A stretch of 26,260 nt of DNA from a virus (taxonomy: Duplodnaviria > Caudoviricetes). The DNA lies in the IMG/VR virus record IMGVR_UViG_3300031565_006736, positions 1 to 26,260 of that record; one strand, given 5' to 3'. The notes beneath the pieces are model-generated. The model was given only the letters and a program-made list of their open reading frames with translations. It did not search any database and was not told where the DNA came from. Within the stretch, counting starts at the first letter, position 1; every line of letters begins with the position of its first letter. The position numbers were made by a program, and so were the translations under genes. Shown here in pieces: positions 16,384 through 25,201 of this stretch.

Positions 16384-17148
16384 TCAGCGACGTGCCTTTC
16401 GTCGCTGTTGCAGCCTTCGCTCAATAGTCTTGGAGGCAGGTTCATCCTCTTCCGGCTCTTCCTTTGCCTCAGGTACCCCATCCTCATCAACCAGCTCACT
16501 GTCCAAGTAGACATCAACGCCACTGGCCTTGGCCAAGTCATCATAGGTCTTGATTTGCTTGGACACCATGTCATAGATGTCACGTGCAGTCTCAAGCCAC
16601 TCGTCCACTTCCTCGTCATCATCACTCAGAACGGAAGGAGATTTGGCTGCGCGCACTTCATAGCGAGTGTTGATGCCTTCTCCTGACCTCTCAATCTTGA
16701 TGTCATATCCTTCGTCCGGATCGGTGATGTCACCATAGTCCGGATCCGAGATCAGACTCACCAGGCTGGTGAAGACCATTGTACCAGGGGTGAAGGTTTG
16801 CGGACCAGCATCCTCGTTCCCACGCACGATGACGTTGCACCAAAAGTGGCGCTGTGCCCAGAACTTCTTGGCACTTTCCTTGTCCCCTGCCTGGAACAGT
16901 GCATCATTCACATCGCAGACAGGGCAAGGATCCTTGCCATCGGAGCAGATCTTGGGGCAATAGAACGTGCCAGTGCCTTCCAAGAAGTGTTGTCCTACCT
17001 CCATGAAGAAATACTCCATCGTTCCGACTGGAGGCAGGATGCGGATAGTGCTACGTCCGGAGGGTGGTCTCCAGAATCCGGACGATCCCAGTTCCAATGA
17101 CTGGACTTTTTCCAACAATGCCTTATACCGATCTGCTGTACCTGACAT
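16384..17148 (-). CDS. Single-stranded DNA-binding protein, T4 gp32-like
   Basis: FWRP..G.STIRILPP, H....YCPK...CPVC, DYGDITDPDEGYDIKI and an acidic tail; AAGGAG SD before the ATG at 17148/17154. Confidence 0.85.
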   Translation of the reverse strand: MSGTADRYKALLEKVQSLELGSSGFWRPPSGRSTIRILPPVGTMEYFFMEVGQHFLEGTGTFYCPKICSDGKDPCPVCDVNDALFQAGDKESAKKFWAQRHFWCNVIVRGNEDAGPQTFTPGTMVFTSLVSLISDPDYGDITDPDEGYDIKIERSGEGINTRYEVRAAKSPSVLSDDDEEVDEWLETARDIYDMVSKQIKTYDDLAKASGVDVYLDSELVDEDGVPEAKEEPEEDEPASKTIERRLQQRRKARR

Positions 17149-17200
17149 TTCCATTCTCCTTAACATAGATTCGGCTATTCGACTGGTGTGTCTATTTGCC

Positions 17201-17217
17201 TCTACATACACTTAACC
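17201..17217 (-). promoter_or_regulatory. Conserved intergenic motif, copy 2 (GGTTAAGTGTATGTAGA)
   Basis: At the end of the MTase gene, about 50 nt upstream of the SSB start. Confidence 0.6.
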
Positions 17218-17970
17218 TACATCAAAATGCTCAATACGATATTGTGCAATGTCAACAGTTTCCTTGACATTATCAATGCCAACGAAGTTGCGTTTTGTTT
17301 TAATGCATGCTACCCCAGTTGTTCCACTACCCATAGCAATGTCCAATACCAAATCTCCTTCGTTTGTATAGGTGTTAATCAAATATTCATACAAACCAAC
17401 AGGCTTTTGGGTAGGATGCAAGCCACGTTCCCTATTGAAATACTGAACACTGCTTGGAACTCTAAAATCAATATCATTATGACTATTATCATATCCTTGA
17501 TTCAATCCACCATAAACATCATTGCCATTAGATGCTTTTGATCTTATGCCGCATGCAATCATTCTTTTTCCAGACTCAGCCCGTTTTTGTCTTTGCGGAT
17601 TGTATACTACTGTACAACAACCGAAAACCAGTACGCTTTCGTGTTCTAACATTGGCTCAAACTTTACTAGTGCAAAATTGCTTCCAGCGTTCTTCTTCCA
17701 TATCCATTCATGCTTAAACCACTTTAGGTTACTCATTACCAGCATACTTGTAAATGGTTGCCTTGCAGTTGTAATGAATGCTCCATGCGGCTTCAATATT
17801 CGCTTAATCTCACGCCACATTGGTTCAAATGGAATAATGATATCCCATTTGCATGCTGTTGCACCATAAGGCAAATCTGTTATGATTGCATCAACACTTG
17901 CAACTGCAAGTGTTGGCATCACATCTAAACAATCACCCTCATACAAGACTACGTTTGACATTTCCATCAA
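17212..17970 (-). CDS. DNA amino-methyltransferase (N6-A/N4-C, beta class), orphan
   Basis: GDCL; motif IV DLPY; WIWKK; HPTQKP; motif I DIAMGSGTTG; no cognate restriction enzyme nearby. Confidence 0.9.
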   Translation of the reverse strand: MMEMSNVVLYEGDCLDVMPTLAVASVDAIITDLPYGATACKWDIIIPFEPMWREIKRILKPHGAFITTARQPFTSMLVMSNLKWFKHEWIWKKNAGSNFALVKFEPMLEHESVLVFGCCTVVYNPQRQKRAESGKRMIACGIRSKASNGNDVYGGLNQGYDNSHNDIDFRVPSSVQYFNRERGLHPTQKPVGLYEYLINTYTNEGDLVLDIAMGSGTTGVACIKTKRNFVGIDNVKETVDIAQYRIEHFDVG

Positions 17971-18596
17971 AATGGTGGCTCTTCCTCATAACCAAGATGA
18001 TCTACTTTGGCCTTTGCTTTGCGAGTGCGATGCTCATCCAGTTTGGCCTTGGCATCATGGTCTTCTTGCCCAAGCAAATCATTTTGCACTTCTACTACAG
18101 CCTTTTTCCCATGCACGCGAAGCATGTCCAGTTTGGCCTTGACGTCCCTGATCAACATGCCAGTCTGCTCAGCCTCCGCACGAAGATGGGCACCCAAACT
18201 GATGAGCATCTGCGCACGTTGTGCCATGGTTTGCTCAAGTGCACGCATTATCAAATGCTGCATATGCACTTCCAACTCATATTGGACAACATTGCGATAT
18301 CCCTCTCGCATCTCAATCTCGGCAGCAACTTTGGCTTCAGTGAATTTCTCACCACCAGACGCCAAGTCACGACGCACTTCCTGGTCTGTTTGTGCTCTCT
18401 TGTTCTCCAACTCACGTTTACCTGTGAGCCAACAAGCCTCTGCCCTGGCTGCCAACATTGCTATGTAGGCATACATACTTGGCTGTTCTGAGAACTCTGC
18501 TGAGAGATTGTCCTGGATTGGGATGATGGTATCCAAATCCAACTCAACTTCACCATCTCCAACATCAATGTCTATAGTTCCAAGTTCGATTTTCAT
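17967..18596 (-). CDS. UvsY-like recombination mediator / coiled-coil phage protein
   Basis: Helical pattern with KFTEAKVAAEI and R..ML..LG; clusters with SSB and RecA. Confidence 0.55.
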   Translation of the reverse strand: MKIELGTIDIDVGDGEVELDLDTIIPIQDNLSAEFSEQPSMYAYIAMLAARAEACWLTGKRELENKRAQTDQEVRRDLASGGEKFTEAKVAAEIEMREGYRNVVQYELEVHMQHLIMRALEQTMAQRAQMLISLGAHLRAEAEQTGMLIRDVKAKLDMLRVHGKKAVVEVQNDLLGQEDHDAKAKLDEHRTRKAKAKVDHLGYEEEPPF

Positions 18597-21500
18597 TCCT
18601 GCACCTCATATTCCTCCAAAGATCCATAGTGACTGCCAAACTCAAGATCAACCTTGAGAGGCACTGTGAACCAACTGAAGTCAATGTCCAGCATGTAGTT
18701 TGGTCCATATAAATTTGGCAGATTTTCCATTGTCTCCTTTGCCAACCATGCCAAGTCATCCAATTCACCTGGATACACATCGAATAACAAACTGTCATGT
18801 ACAGTGTTGACCATCAATGATTTGAATTCATTAGCAGCCATCTGTTGGCTAATGATAATCAAGGCACACAACAATATATCACTGGCAGCGCTTTGTATTG
18901 GCATATTGATGGCTGCACGCTCGTCTCCGTTACGCTTGACTTCATCGCTATCATTGATGTGTGGAAGATATCGTCTACGTCCAAATGGAGATTCTACATA
19001 TCCATGTTCTTTCACGAACGCTATAGTATCTTCACGATATTCCAAGACTTCTGGAAACAACTCATAGTACCTGGCAACCATACGTTGTGCATCATTTTCA
19101 TCAATACCATACAGCCTATGCAATGTATGCCAAGAACCACCATACAACAGCGTCCAGTTGGTCCATTTGGCTCTGTATCGCATAGGTTTCCACTGCTCAG
19201 GAGTGAAGTCATCACGCTTGACATTGAACAAATACTCAGTCACAACAGAGTGCAGATCAATGCCTTGCGCAAAGATATCCGCCATGCCTTTGCAATGGCT
19301 GACTGATGCCATCGTGCGCAACTCCATACCAGAATAGTCCACTGCCAATAGACATCCACCTTCCCAAGTGTGGGTGAAAATGTTCTTCACTGGCAGATCA
19401 GCCAACAACGTACCAGGTTCCTTCTCTGGAGTTGGAATATTCTGCATGTTTGGCTCTTTGGACGACAGTCGGCCTGTCTCAGTGCCATGCAACAGGTATG
19501 TCGCATGTACACGCCCATCTACACCAGGCCACCTATCCCTAGCAGGCACCAGATAGGTGGACAGCATCTTGCCAAGCAACTTATAGTATCTGTATGCCTT
19601 GAGGAATGGTACATCGCTTTGATAATCTGACAAAACGCTCCAACTGGTGGATGGTTGCCCAGTGTTGGTCAATCCACCCGGCTCCAACCCATAATACTTG
19701 GAGCCAAATAGAATCTCACGCATTTGTACAGGAGAGTTGGGATTGAATGAGAATTTGGGATTGGACTTTGCCTTGCGTTTGGAATATGCCACAACATGCT
19801 TGTCCTGCAACATTGAGTAGAGTTGATCCTGCTGCGTCTTGTGGTAGATTTGACAATATCTGCCTACAATGTGTTGATCAAGTTTGACACCATTTGCCTC
19901 AATAGTTTCCAAGGCAACATTGGCTGGCATTATCATTTGCGTGTACAATGCTCGTTGTTGATCATTTAGATCAACATACAATCGTTTGTGCAATTCCCAA
20001 GTTGCAACTGCATCCAATTGGGCATACTTGGCCAGGATTTCCATTGGCACCAATCTCAAGTTACCGCCTCTGGAAGGATCTGCCTCCTTGTGATCCTTCA
20101 AATATGCTTCCATATCAGAGGCATAATCATACATCCCCAAATAACGTCCAGCCAAAGGTTTGAGTCCGTGACGACCAGGCACTGGATCAAGAATGTATGA
20201 CAACAGCATACTATCACCAGTTGTCCCACAAATGCTAATGCCAAGATTTCCACCAACAATCAACGTGTCAAACTTGATGTTGTGCCCAATCTTAAGTATC
20301 TTAGGATCTTCCAATATGCGTTTGCAATATTGCAGTGTAGCATAATTATTGTCAATAGGAACCGCCCAAGCCATCTTAGGATTGTCTATTGCAAAAGACA
20401 TCAACACAACTTCATCGCCAAATTGTAATCCATTGTCCTCAGTGTCCCAAGAGCACATTCCTGTAGCAGCAATGGCATTGTACATCATCTCGGCATCTCG
20501 TGCGGTTTGGACTATCTCCAACTTGTAGCCAACATCTGCACGTGCAACATTATCATTACCATCCAAATATTCAGCAATCTTGTCAAAGTCATCTATCCAT
20601 TCTTTGATGGCTTGCTGATTGCGTAGAATGTATGCCGGGTGGAATGTTGGCACGATCGTCATGCCATCACGCTGTATGAATGTGCCACGCCAATTGGTGA
20701 TGCCTGTCTCACCAAGCACCGCTTTGAGTGGAACATTTCCAAGCAGCACCACCACGCGTGGCTTGTAATGTTCCAACTCATCCATCAACGTGGATAAACA
20801 ATACTGAATTTGGCGATTGGTTGGAGTCTTGTTCTCAGGGGGACGACAGTGCACCACATTGGTGTACACATGGTTATATCCTTTGAGTCCTGCATCGTCA
20901 ACTGCATCACGCAACAGTTGACCAGACCTGCCAACGAATGGCACACCAACAGTATCCTCTTCGCTGTTGTGCACAAATATTCCATGTGCTGCAAAATTGT
21001 GGTATGTATCAACTTCTATATCATATACATCTTCTATACCAACACAAACAATGGAAACTATTTTATGATTGTCAACTGGAAATGGCTCATTAGGAAACTT
21101 TCCTTTGAATCTTCTCACTAACCAACTATGTGACAAATTGTGTACCTTTTGTACTCCAAGCAAATATTTGTAGTAAAATCCTGGCTCAGTAAACCGTTTC
21201 TTGACCGTTGCTTGAATCTTGCCTCTGCATGCTTCTATCTGTTGCAATCGTTCAGCATACACTTTTGGATTACTCAAAACTTCTTTCATTATCTCACTAT
21301 GTCGTTTTCTGTATGCATCAGATTGCACAACAGCCTTGTGCTTCGCTATGGCATCAGGACTGAGCATACTACCATCCTCACGCATATGTAATGCCGCATG
21401 ACTGCTTATAGTATGCAACTCCAAATTATCCCAACTATCATTTAATGTATTTCTGTCTATATGATGACAATTTTCTTTGTTGGTCATAGGTCTTCCAACC

Positions 21501-22099
21501 TTATTCCCCAACAGAAATCTGGCCTCCAAAAGCATAGATTTGGCAGATATCCCTATGTAAGAATAGCCAACATTGCTTCTATGGAATGGTTGCAAACTGG
21601 CACCCACACACAAACCATCATCTATAGAAACATAACATACATTGCCATAGTCCAAACCTTTGAATGGATCATGCTTTAGTTTGGGTTTTAATAGAAATTT
21701 ATGGTTGGATGTTACAGTTATGGAATCTTCCACATACACCAAATCATCGCCATTTGGATATTTCCATTCATAGGTTACTGTATATACTTTCTTTTTGCCA
21801 GTCTTCCAAACCCTGGCAACCTTTCCCAACACCATCCCATTAGTTTCCAAATCGTAGGAATACACATAAAAATCATTCTTGCCAACAAGATCAACAATTG
21901 GAATCCCATTTGGATACTTTGACTTATCTCTATATGCAACTTCGATCAGAGTATTTCCAACCACACACCCTGGTGCTTCTCCAATATACATGATGTCACA
22001 AGCACCTGGGACGGAACCAGGCACCTCATCTGGCATCATCCTTGGGTGCTGACAAGATTCACTCAGGCCACAGGCCATACAACCAAGATTATCATTCAC
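18593..22099 (-). CDS. polA: Family A DNA polymerase with an N-terminal family-4-like uracil-DNA glycosylase domain and 3'-5' exonuclease; intein-containing
   Basis: UDG: CxxC, GEAPG, PFVGRSG, TNVVHCRPPEN, FHPAYILR. Exonuclease: DTE, GHNIKFD, YAQLD. Polymerase: TETGRLSS, NMQNIP, DYSGMELR, R...K.......YG, VHDS. Confidence 0.95.
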   Translation of the reverse strand: MNDNLGCMACGLSESCQHPRMMPDEVPGSVPGACDIMYIGEAPGCVVGNTLIEVAYRDKSKYPNGIPIVDLVGKNDFYVYSYDLETNGMVLGKVARVWKTGKKKVYTVTYEWKYPNGDDLVYVEDSITVTSNHKFLLKPKLKHDPFKGLDYGNVCYVSIDDGLCVGASLQPFHRSNVGYSYIGISAKSMLLEARFLLGNKVGRPMTNKENCHHIDRNTLNDSWDNLELHTISSHAALHMREDGSMLSPDAIAKHKAVVQSDAYRKRHSEIMKEVLSNPKVYAERLQQIEACRGKIQATVKKRFTEPGFYYKYLLGVQKVHNLSHSWLVRRFKGKFPNEPFPVDNHKIVSIVCVGIEDVYDIEVDTYHNFAAHGIFVHNSEEDTVGVPFVGRSGQLLRDAVDDAGLKGYNHVYTNVVHCRPPENKTPTNRQIQYCLSTLMDELEHYKPRVVVLLGNVPLKAVLGETGITNWRGTFIQRDGMTIVPTFHPAYILRNQQAIKEWIDDFDKIAEYLDGNDNVARADVGYKLEIVQTARDAEMMYNAIAATGMCSWDTEDNGLQFGDEVVLMSFAIDNPKMAWAVPIDNNYATLQYCKRILEDPKILKIGHNIKFDTLIVGGNLGISICGTTGDSMLLSYILDPVPGRHGLKPLAGRYLGMYDYASDMEAYLKDHKEADPSRGGNLRLVPMEILAKYAQLDAVATWELHKRLYVDLNDQQRALYTQMIMPANVALETIEANGVKLDQHIVGRYCQIYHKTQQDQLYSMLQDKHVVAYSKRKAKSNPKFSFNPNSPVQMREILFGSKYYGLEPGGLTNTGQPSTSWSVLSDYQSDVPFLKAYRYYKLLGKMLSTYLVPARDRWPGVDGRVHATYLLHGTETGRLSSKEPNMQNIPTPEKEPGTLLADLPVKNIFTHTWEGGCLLAVDYSGMELRTMASVSHCKGMADIFAQGIDLHSVVTEYLFNVKRDDFTPEQWKPMRYRAKWTNWTLLYGGSWHTLHRLYGIDENDAQRMVARYYELFPEVLEYREDTIAFVKEHGYVESPFGRRRYLPHINDSDEVKRNGDERAAINMPIQSAASDILLCALIIISQQMAANEFKSLMVNTVHDSLLFDVYPGELDDLAWLAKETMENLPNLYGPNYMLDIDFSWFTVPLKVDLEFGSHYGSLEEYEVQE
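20966..21967 (-). mobile_element. Intein (334 aa) with HNH homing endonuclease
   Basis: Begins CVVGNTLI after GEAPG; block B VTSNHKFL; HNH motif HHIDRNTLNDSWDNL...H; ends VYDIEV..YHNF...GIFVHN followed by Ser; AT-rich. Confidence 0.93.
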
Positions 22100-22370
22100 C
22101 TTTGGTTTCCTTCAGATACAGTAACCCAAGCATGGCATACCCAATGGCATCTATCAAAGTGTCTTGCAATGCCTCACCTGGCACCAATGCTTCACGACCG
22201 TCTGCAAGATTATCAATCCTATACAGTTTGTCTGCCAGTCGCACCAGGACACCGTGAACGCATTGTTGCTGCCAGGCATCTCCATAATCCGCATTCTTTT
22301 GCATAACCAAAGCAATGACTTGATTTGCTATGACGTGCAACTTTTCCTTGCTGACTTGTGCTTTTGGCAT
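22092..22370 (-). CDS. DUF1599 / nucleotide-modification-associated domain 1 (MazG-like helical) protein
   Basis: KNADYGDAW, RLADKLYR, DTLIDAIGYA. Confidence 0.8.
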   Translation of the reverse strand: MPKAQVSKEKLHVIANQVIALVMQKNADYGDAWQQQCVHGVLVRLADKLYRIDNLADGREALVPGEALQDTLIDAIGYAMLGLLYLKETKGE

Positions 22371-22375
22371 TATTA

Positions 22376-22507
22376 CTAATCGTCTCCCATTGGCAACCCA
22401 CCAACATAGATGCCACCATCACCCTCTGCACCCTCATATGATGGTTCCGCATCTTCTACTTCTACTTCTACTTCCACATCGTCAGTATCATCACCAGGAA
22501 TATACAT
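22376..22507 (-). CDS. Micro-ORF, 43-aa very acidic peptide MYIPGDDTDDVEVEVEVEDAEPSYEGAEGDGGIYVGGLPMGDD
   Basis: Translated by hand; GGGAGGTG SD directly after a motif copy; ends TAG-TAA-TAA, with the last TAA overlapping the next ATG. Confidence 0.65.
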   Translation of the reverse strand: MYIPGDDTDDVEVEVEVEDAEPSYEGAEGDGGIYVGGLPMGDD

Positions 22508-22522
22508 TATCAATCACCTCCC

Positions 22523-22541
22523 TATACATATACTTAACCGG
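22523..22541 (-). promoter_or_regulatory. Conserved intergenic motif, copy 3 (CCGGTTAAGTATATGTATA)
   Basis: Between the GT stop and the SD of the acidic peptide; heads the Nmad1-polA block. Confidence 0.6.
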
Positions 22542-23099
22542 TCAGTGTTCTGCTGATCCTATGTGATCAACCACTGCAACTACACGATCAAGCCAATACA
22601 CGCTCGCACCAAATCCAAACACATTGTTGATGAATGCAAAGTCACCAAATCCTCTGTTGACTTCCATTCCAAACAACCACACATATGACAACCAAACACC
22701 CTTCTGTACCACAAAGTTTGGTGTGCCAACATCACCGTGGAATGGATCTTGTTCCCACCGTGTAGGAAGCACATCGTGGAATATTGCATCACGACGGAAC
22801 TTTACCATTATGACTTCAGGATGGTGATTCTGTGCAACAACTTCCTTCAGGCTTGCCACGAACTCCTTGTCAATCAAATAATCATCATCATCCAAAACAT
22901 AGACATATCGTCCATTGATGCTGCCATTGGCTTCCTTGAGATTGACGTCCGCACGCAACATGTCCCACTTGGGATTTTCATCCAACAGAATGAGTTGTTC
23001 ATAATCTTGATCTGTTTGTGCCTTCCAAGATGCAACGTTGCGCTCGAGCCACTGCTCACGTCCAGGCATTGTACGGGTTATGACTGTCAAGAGTGGCAT
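22542..23099 (-). CDS. Glycosyltransferase family 2-like (GT-A)
   Basis: LTVITRT, S..AQTDQDYEQLILLD, GRYVYVLDDDD, GDFAF; GGAGG SD. Confidence 0.8.
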   Translation of the reverse strand: MPLLTVITRTMPGREQWLERNVASWKAQTDQDYEQLILLDENPKWDMLRADVNLKEANGSINGRYVYVLDDDDYLIDKEFVASLKEVVAQNHHPEVIMVKFRRDAIFHDVLPTRWEQDPFHGDVGTPNFVVQKGVWLSYVWLFGMEVNRGFGDFAFINNVFGFGASVYWLDRVVAVVDHIGSAEH

Positions 23100-23866
23100 G
23101 CTTCCTCCAACCACTGCTTTGTCAATTTCTTTGTGGCATCATGTACCCAACGCATATTGGCTTCCCCATCTGCCAAGGCAAGATTATCATGTGTGGCATT
23201 GCAAAACCAATTGCGCCAAGGATGATCTTGATGTATTTGGAATATGATATCACTGCAATCCAACAGTTCTGCACCATGATCCAAGGCATACTTCATACGC
23301 CAACCATCCCAATGCCCTTTGCCAATGGAAAAGTCAGGGATGTCATTGCCAAACAAACCTTTGCGAAACACGAAATAGTCTGATCCAGATCCCATCCCTT
23401 TTGTATAGAACTGTCCCCATTTGTGCAAATGATCAATCAAATCTGCTTCCCACTTTGGATCATCGAATGGTATCATATGCGTCATGTAATCAGATTTGCG
23501 ATATCCGCACATCATGAAATTATCAAACTCTGCAGCCACTGCTTGAACAACCACTGGAAAATCTCGTATCAATATGACGTCCGTATCAACATATGCAATC
23601 ACATCATTGGGAGAACTTGCTTGTCCAAGTTCTAATATGTTGGCGATGCTTGGCACACCATACTTTGTCATTCTAACGGCTGGTATATGAATCAAACCAT
23701 GCTCTTTGGCAAACTCAGCAACCCCTGTCTCATTACACATCACAATGATATCAGGCCTTGGACGAAGCAATGTCCAACTCATAATGGCATTGCGTTGTGT
23801 AATGGCATCATTCCCCTCAAATGCCAAGGGCACTGTCATGATTGTAAAATTAACTTTGTTGCCCAC
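23087..23866 (-). CDS. DxD glycosyltransferase-like protein, paralog 1
   Basis: QRNAI.SW, AYVDTD, DYFVF, WDGW and IHQDH, all shared with 24458-25201. Confidence 0.65.
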   Translation of the reverse strand: MGNKVNFTIMTVPLAFEGNDAITQRNAIMSWTLLRPRPDIIVMCNETGVAEFAKEHGLIHIPAVRMTKYGVPSIANILELGQASSPNDVIAYVDTDVILIRDFPVVVQAVAAEFDNFMMCGYRKSDYMTHMIPFDDPKWEADLIDHLHKWGQFYTKGMGSGSDYFVFRKGLFGNDIPDFSIGKGHWDGWRMKYALDHGAELLDCSDIIFQIHQDHPWRNWFCNATHDNLALADGEANMRWVHDATKKLTKQWLEEACHS

Positions 23867-24428
23867 GTATGCTCCTCAATAGATCAGATGCGGATTTGAT
23901 GATGTCGTCCTTCTTGCGTTTCTTCAGTGGTCTGGCAGGAATACCACCATACACCATCCAAGGCTCATATTCTTGCTCTGTTACCAATGTCATGGCTCCT
24001 GTAGCCATACCTTCAGGCAAGACTGCCCCAGGCAACACCACTGTTTGTGCACCAAGCAAAACAAAATTATCAATCACAATGTCCTTGCTGATTGACTTTC
24101 CTTTGAACTCACTTGGGATGCATGGGCCAGCCAACCCACCATTGACATAATCTTCACATGCAGATATGATCTGGCATCCTGGCCCAATATTAACAAAATC
24201 ACCAATGAAAATCTTGCTGCCACCACCCAGCAATGTGCAATTCGCAGATATCCCAGAGAATATGCCCATGTCCAAAGCACAGGAGATGTAGGTAAAGTCA
24301 TCAATGATGCTATGGTCACCAATTCTGCACAACTTTGGGTATCTGATACGCACAGCCACACCAATTATGGTGGATACACCAAGACTTGCCAAATCAGTAA
24401 AGTCAATGTACATATTGCCAGTTCTCAT
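23850..24428 (-). CDS. Hexapeptide-repeat (left-handed beta-helix) sugar O-acetyltransferase
   Basis: IGDHSIIDDF, IGDFVNIGPG, IDNFVLLGAQTVVLPG, YGGIPARPLK. Confidence 0.88.
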   Translation of the reverse strand: MRTGNMYIDFTDLASLGVSTIIGVAVRIRYPKLCRIGDHSIIDDFTYISCALDMGIFSGISANCTLLGGGSKIFIGDFVNIGPGCQIISACEDYVNGGLAGPCIPSEFKGKSISKDIVIDNFVLLGAQTVVLPGAVLPEGMATGAMTLVTEQEYEPWMVYGGIPARPLKKRKKDDIIKSASDLLRSIRGQQS

Positions 24429-24439
24429 CTTAGTTTTCC

Positions 24440-24457
24440 TCTACATATACTTAACCG
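24440..24457 (-). promoter_or_regulatory. Conserved intergenic motif, copy 4 (CGGTTAAGTATATGTAGA)
   Basis: Between the paralog 2 stop and the acetyltransferase SD. Confidence 0.6.
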
Positions 24458-25201
24458 TCATAGCACTACGGTTGCATCTCGCACCCAAGCCAATTGATCT
24501 ATTCCACCAGACAATGCCAAATTGTACCAACCTTTTCCGCCCGTAACCCACTTGCGGTATGCATGATTTTGATGGATTGCATAGATGACTGCCGATGCAT
24601 CAATCAATTCTGCACCCTTTCTCAATGCATGTCCCATCTTCCATCCATCCCAATATGGCCAACCGACTGAAAATGGAGGCATCTCATCAGGAGCAAACAA
24701 CCATTTCCTGAACACAAAACAATCAGATCCAGCACCAGTGGCAGCATCGAATGTTCCACCCTTGGAACAATGATAATCCTTAATTTTAACACACCAATTT
24801 GGATCATCAAAATCTATGTACAATCCGTATGTCATATATTTTCTGTACACAACAACCAAGAATGACTCATACACCATTGCCATAGTATCAATCACATCAA
24901 CAAATCCTGGAAGCAATATGCAGTCAGTGTCTAAATATGCTACAATGTCATTCTTAGCAACATATTGCCCTTTCTGAAAGATGTCCGCAGTTGACATCAA
25001 CCCTACATCATTCAACGCTACATCTGGAATGTGCAACAAATCGTATTTCTCAGCAAACTCCTTCACACCTGAATCATCACCAAAAAGAATGACTTCAGGC
25101 TTTTCCTCCAAATGTAACCAACTTTGAATGGCATTGTATTGACTGCAAGCATCCATATCTTTGAATGGTAATGGAACTGTCAGAATTGTGATACCCACCA
25201 A
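24458..25201 (-). CDS. DxD glycosyltransferase-like protein, paralog 2
   Basis: QYNAIQSW, AYLDTD, DCFVF, WDGW, IHQNH. Confidence 0.65.
   Translation of the reverse strand: MVGITILTVPLPFKDMDACSQYNAIQSWLHLEEKPEVILFGDDSGVKEFAEKYDLLHIPDVALNDVGLMSTADIFQKGQYVAKNDIVAYLDTDCILLPGFVDVIDTMAMVYESFLVVVYRKYMTYGLYIDFDDPNWCVKIKDYHCSKGGTFDAATGAGSDCFVFRKWLFAPDEMPPFSVGWPYWDGWKMGHALRKGAELIDASAVIYAIHQNHAYRKWVTGGKGWYNLALSGGIDQLAWVRDATVVL

Noticed and set aside
17212-17970. DLPY instead of DPPY as a sign of an inactive or unusual methyltransferase
   Set aside because: DLPY is a familiar variant in phage orphan beta-class MTases, and the other motifs are intact
22454-22474. GAAGTA x3 microsatellite as a phase-variation switch
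   Set aside because: A 6-nt unit preserves the frame and there are only three copies; it simply encodes the VE run
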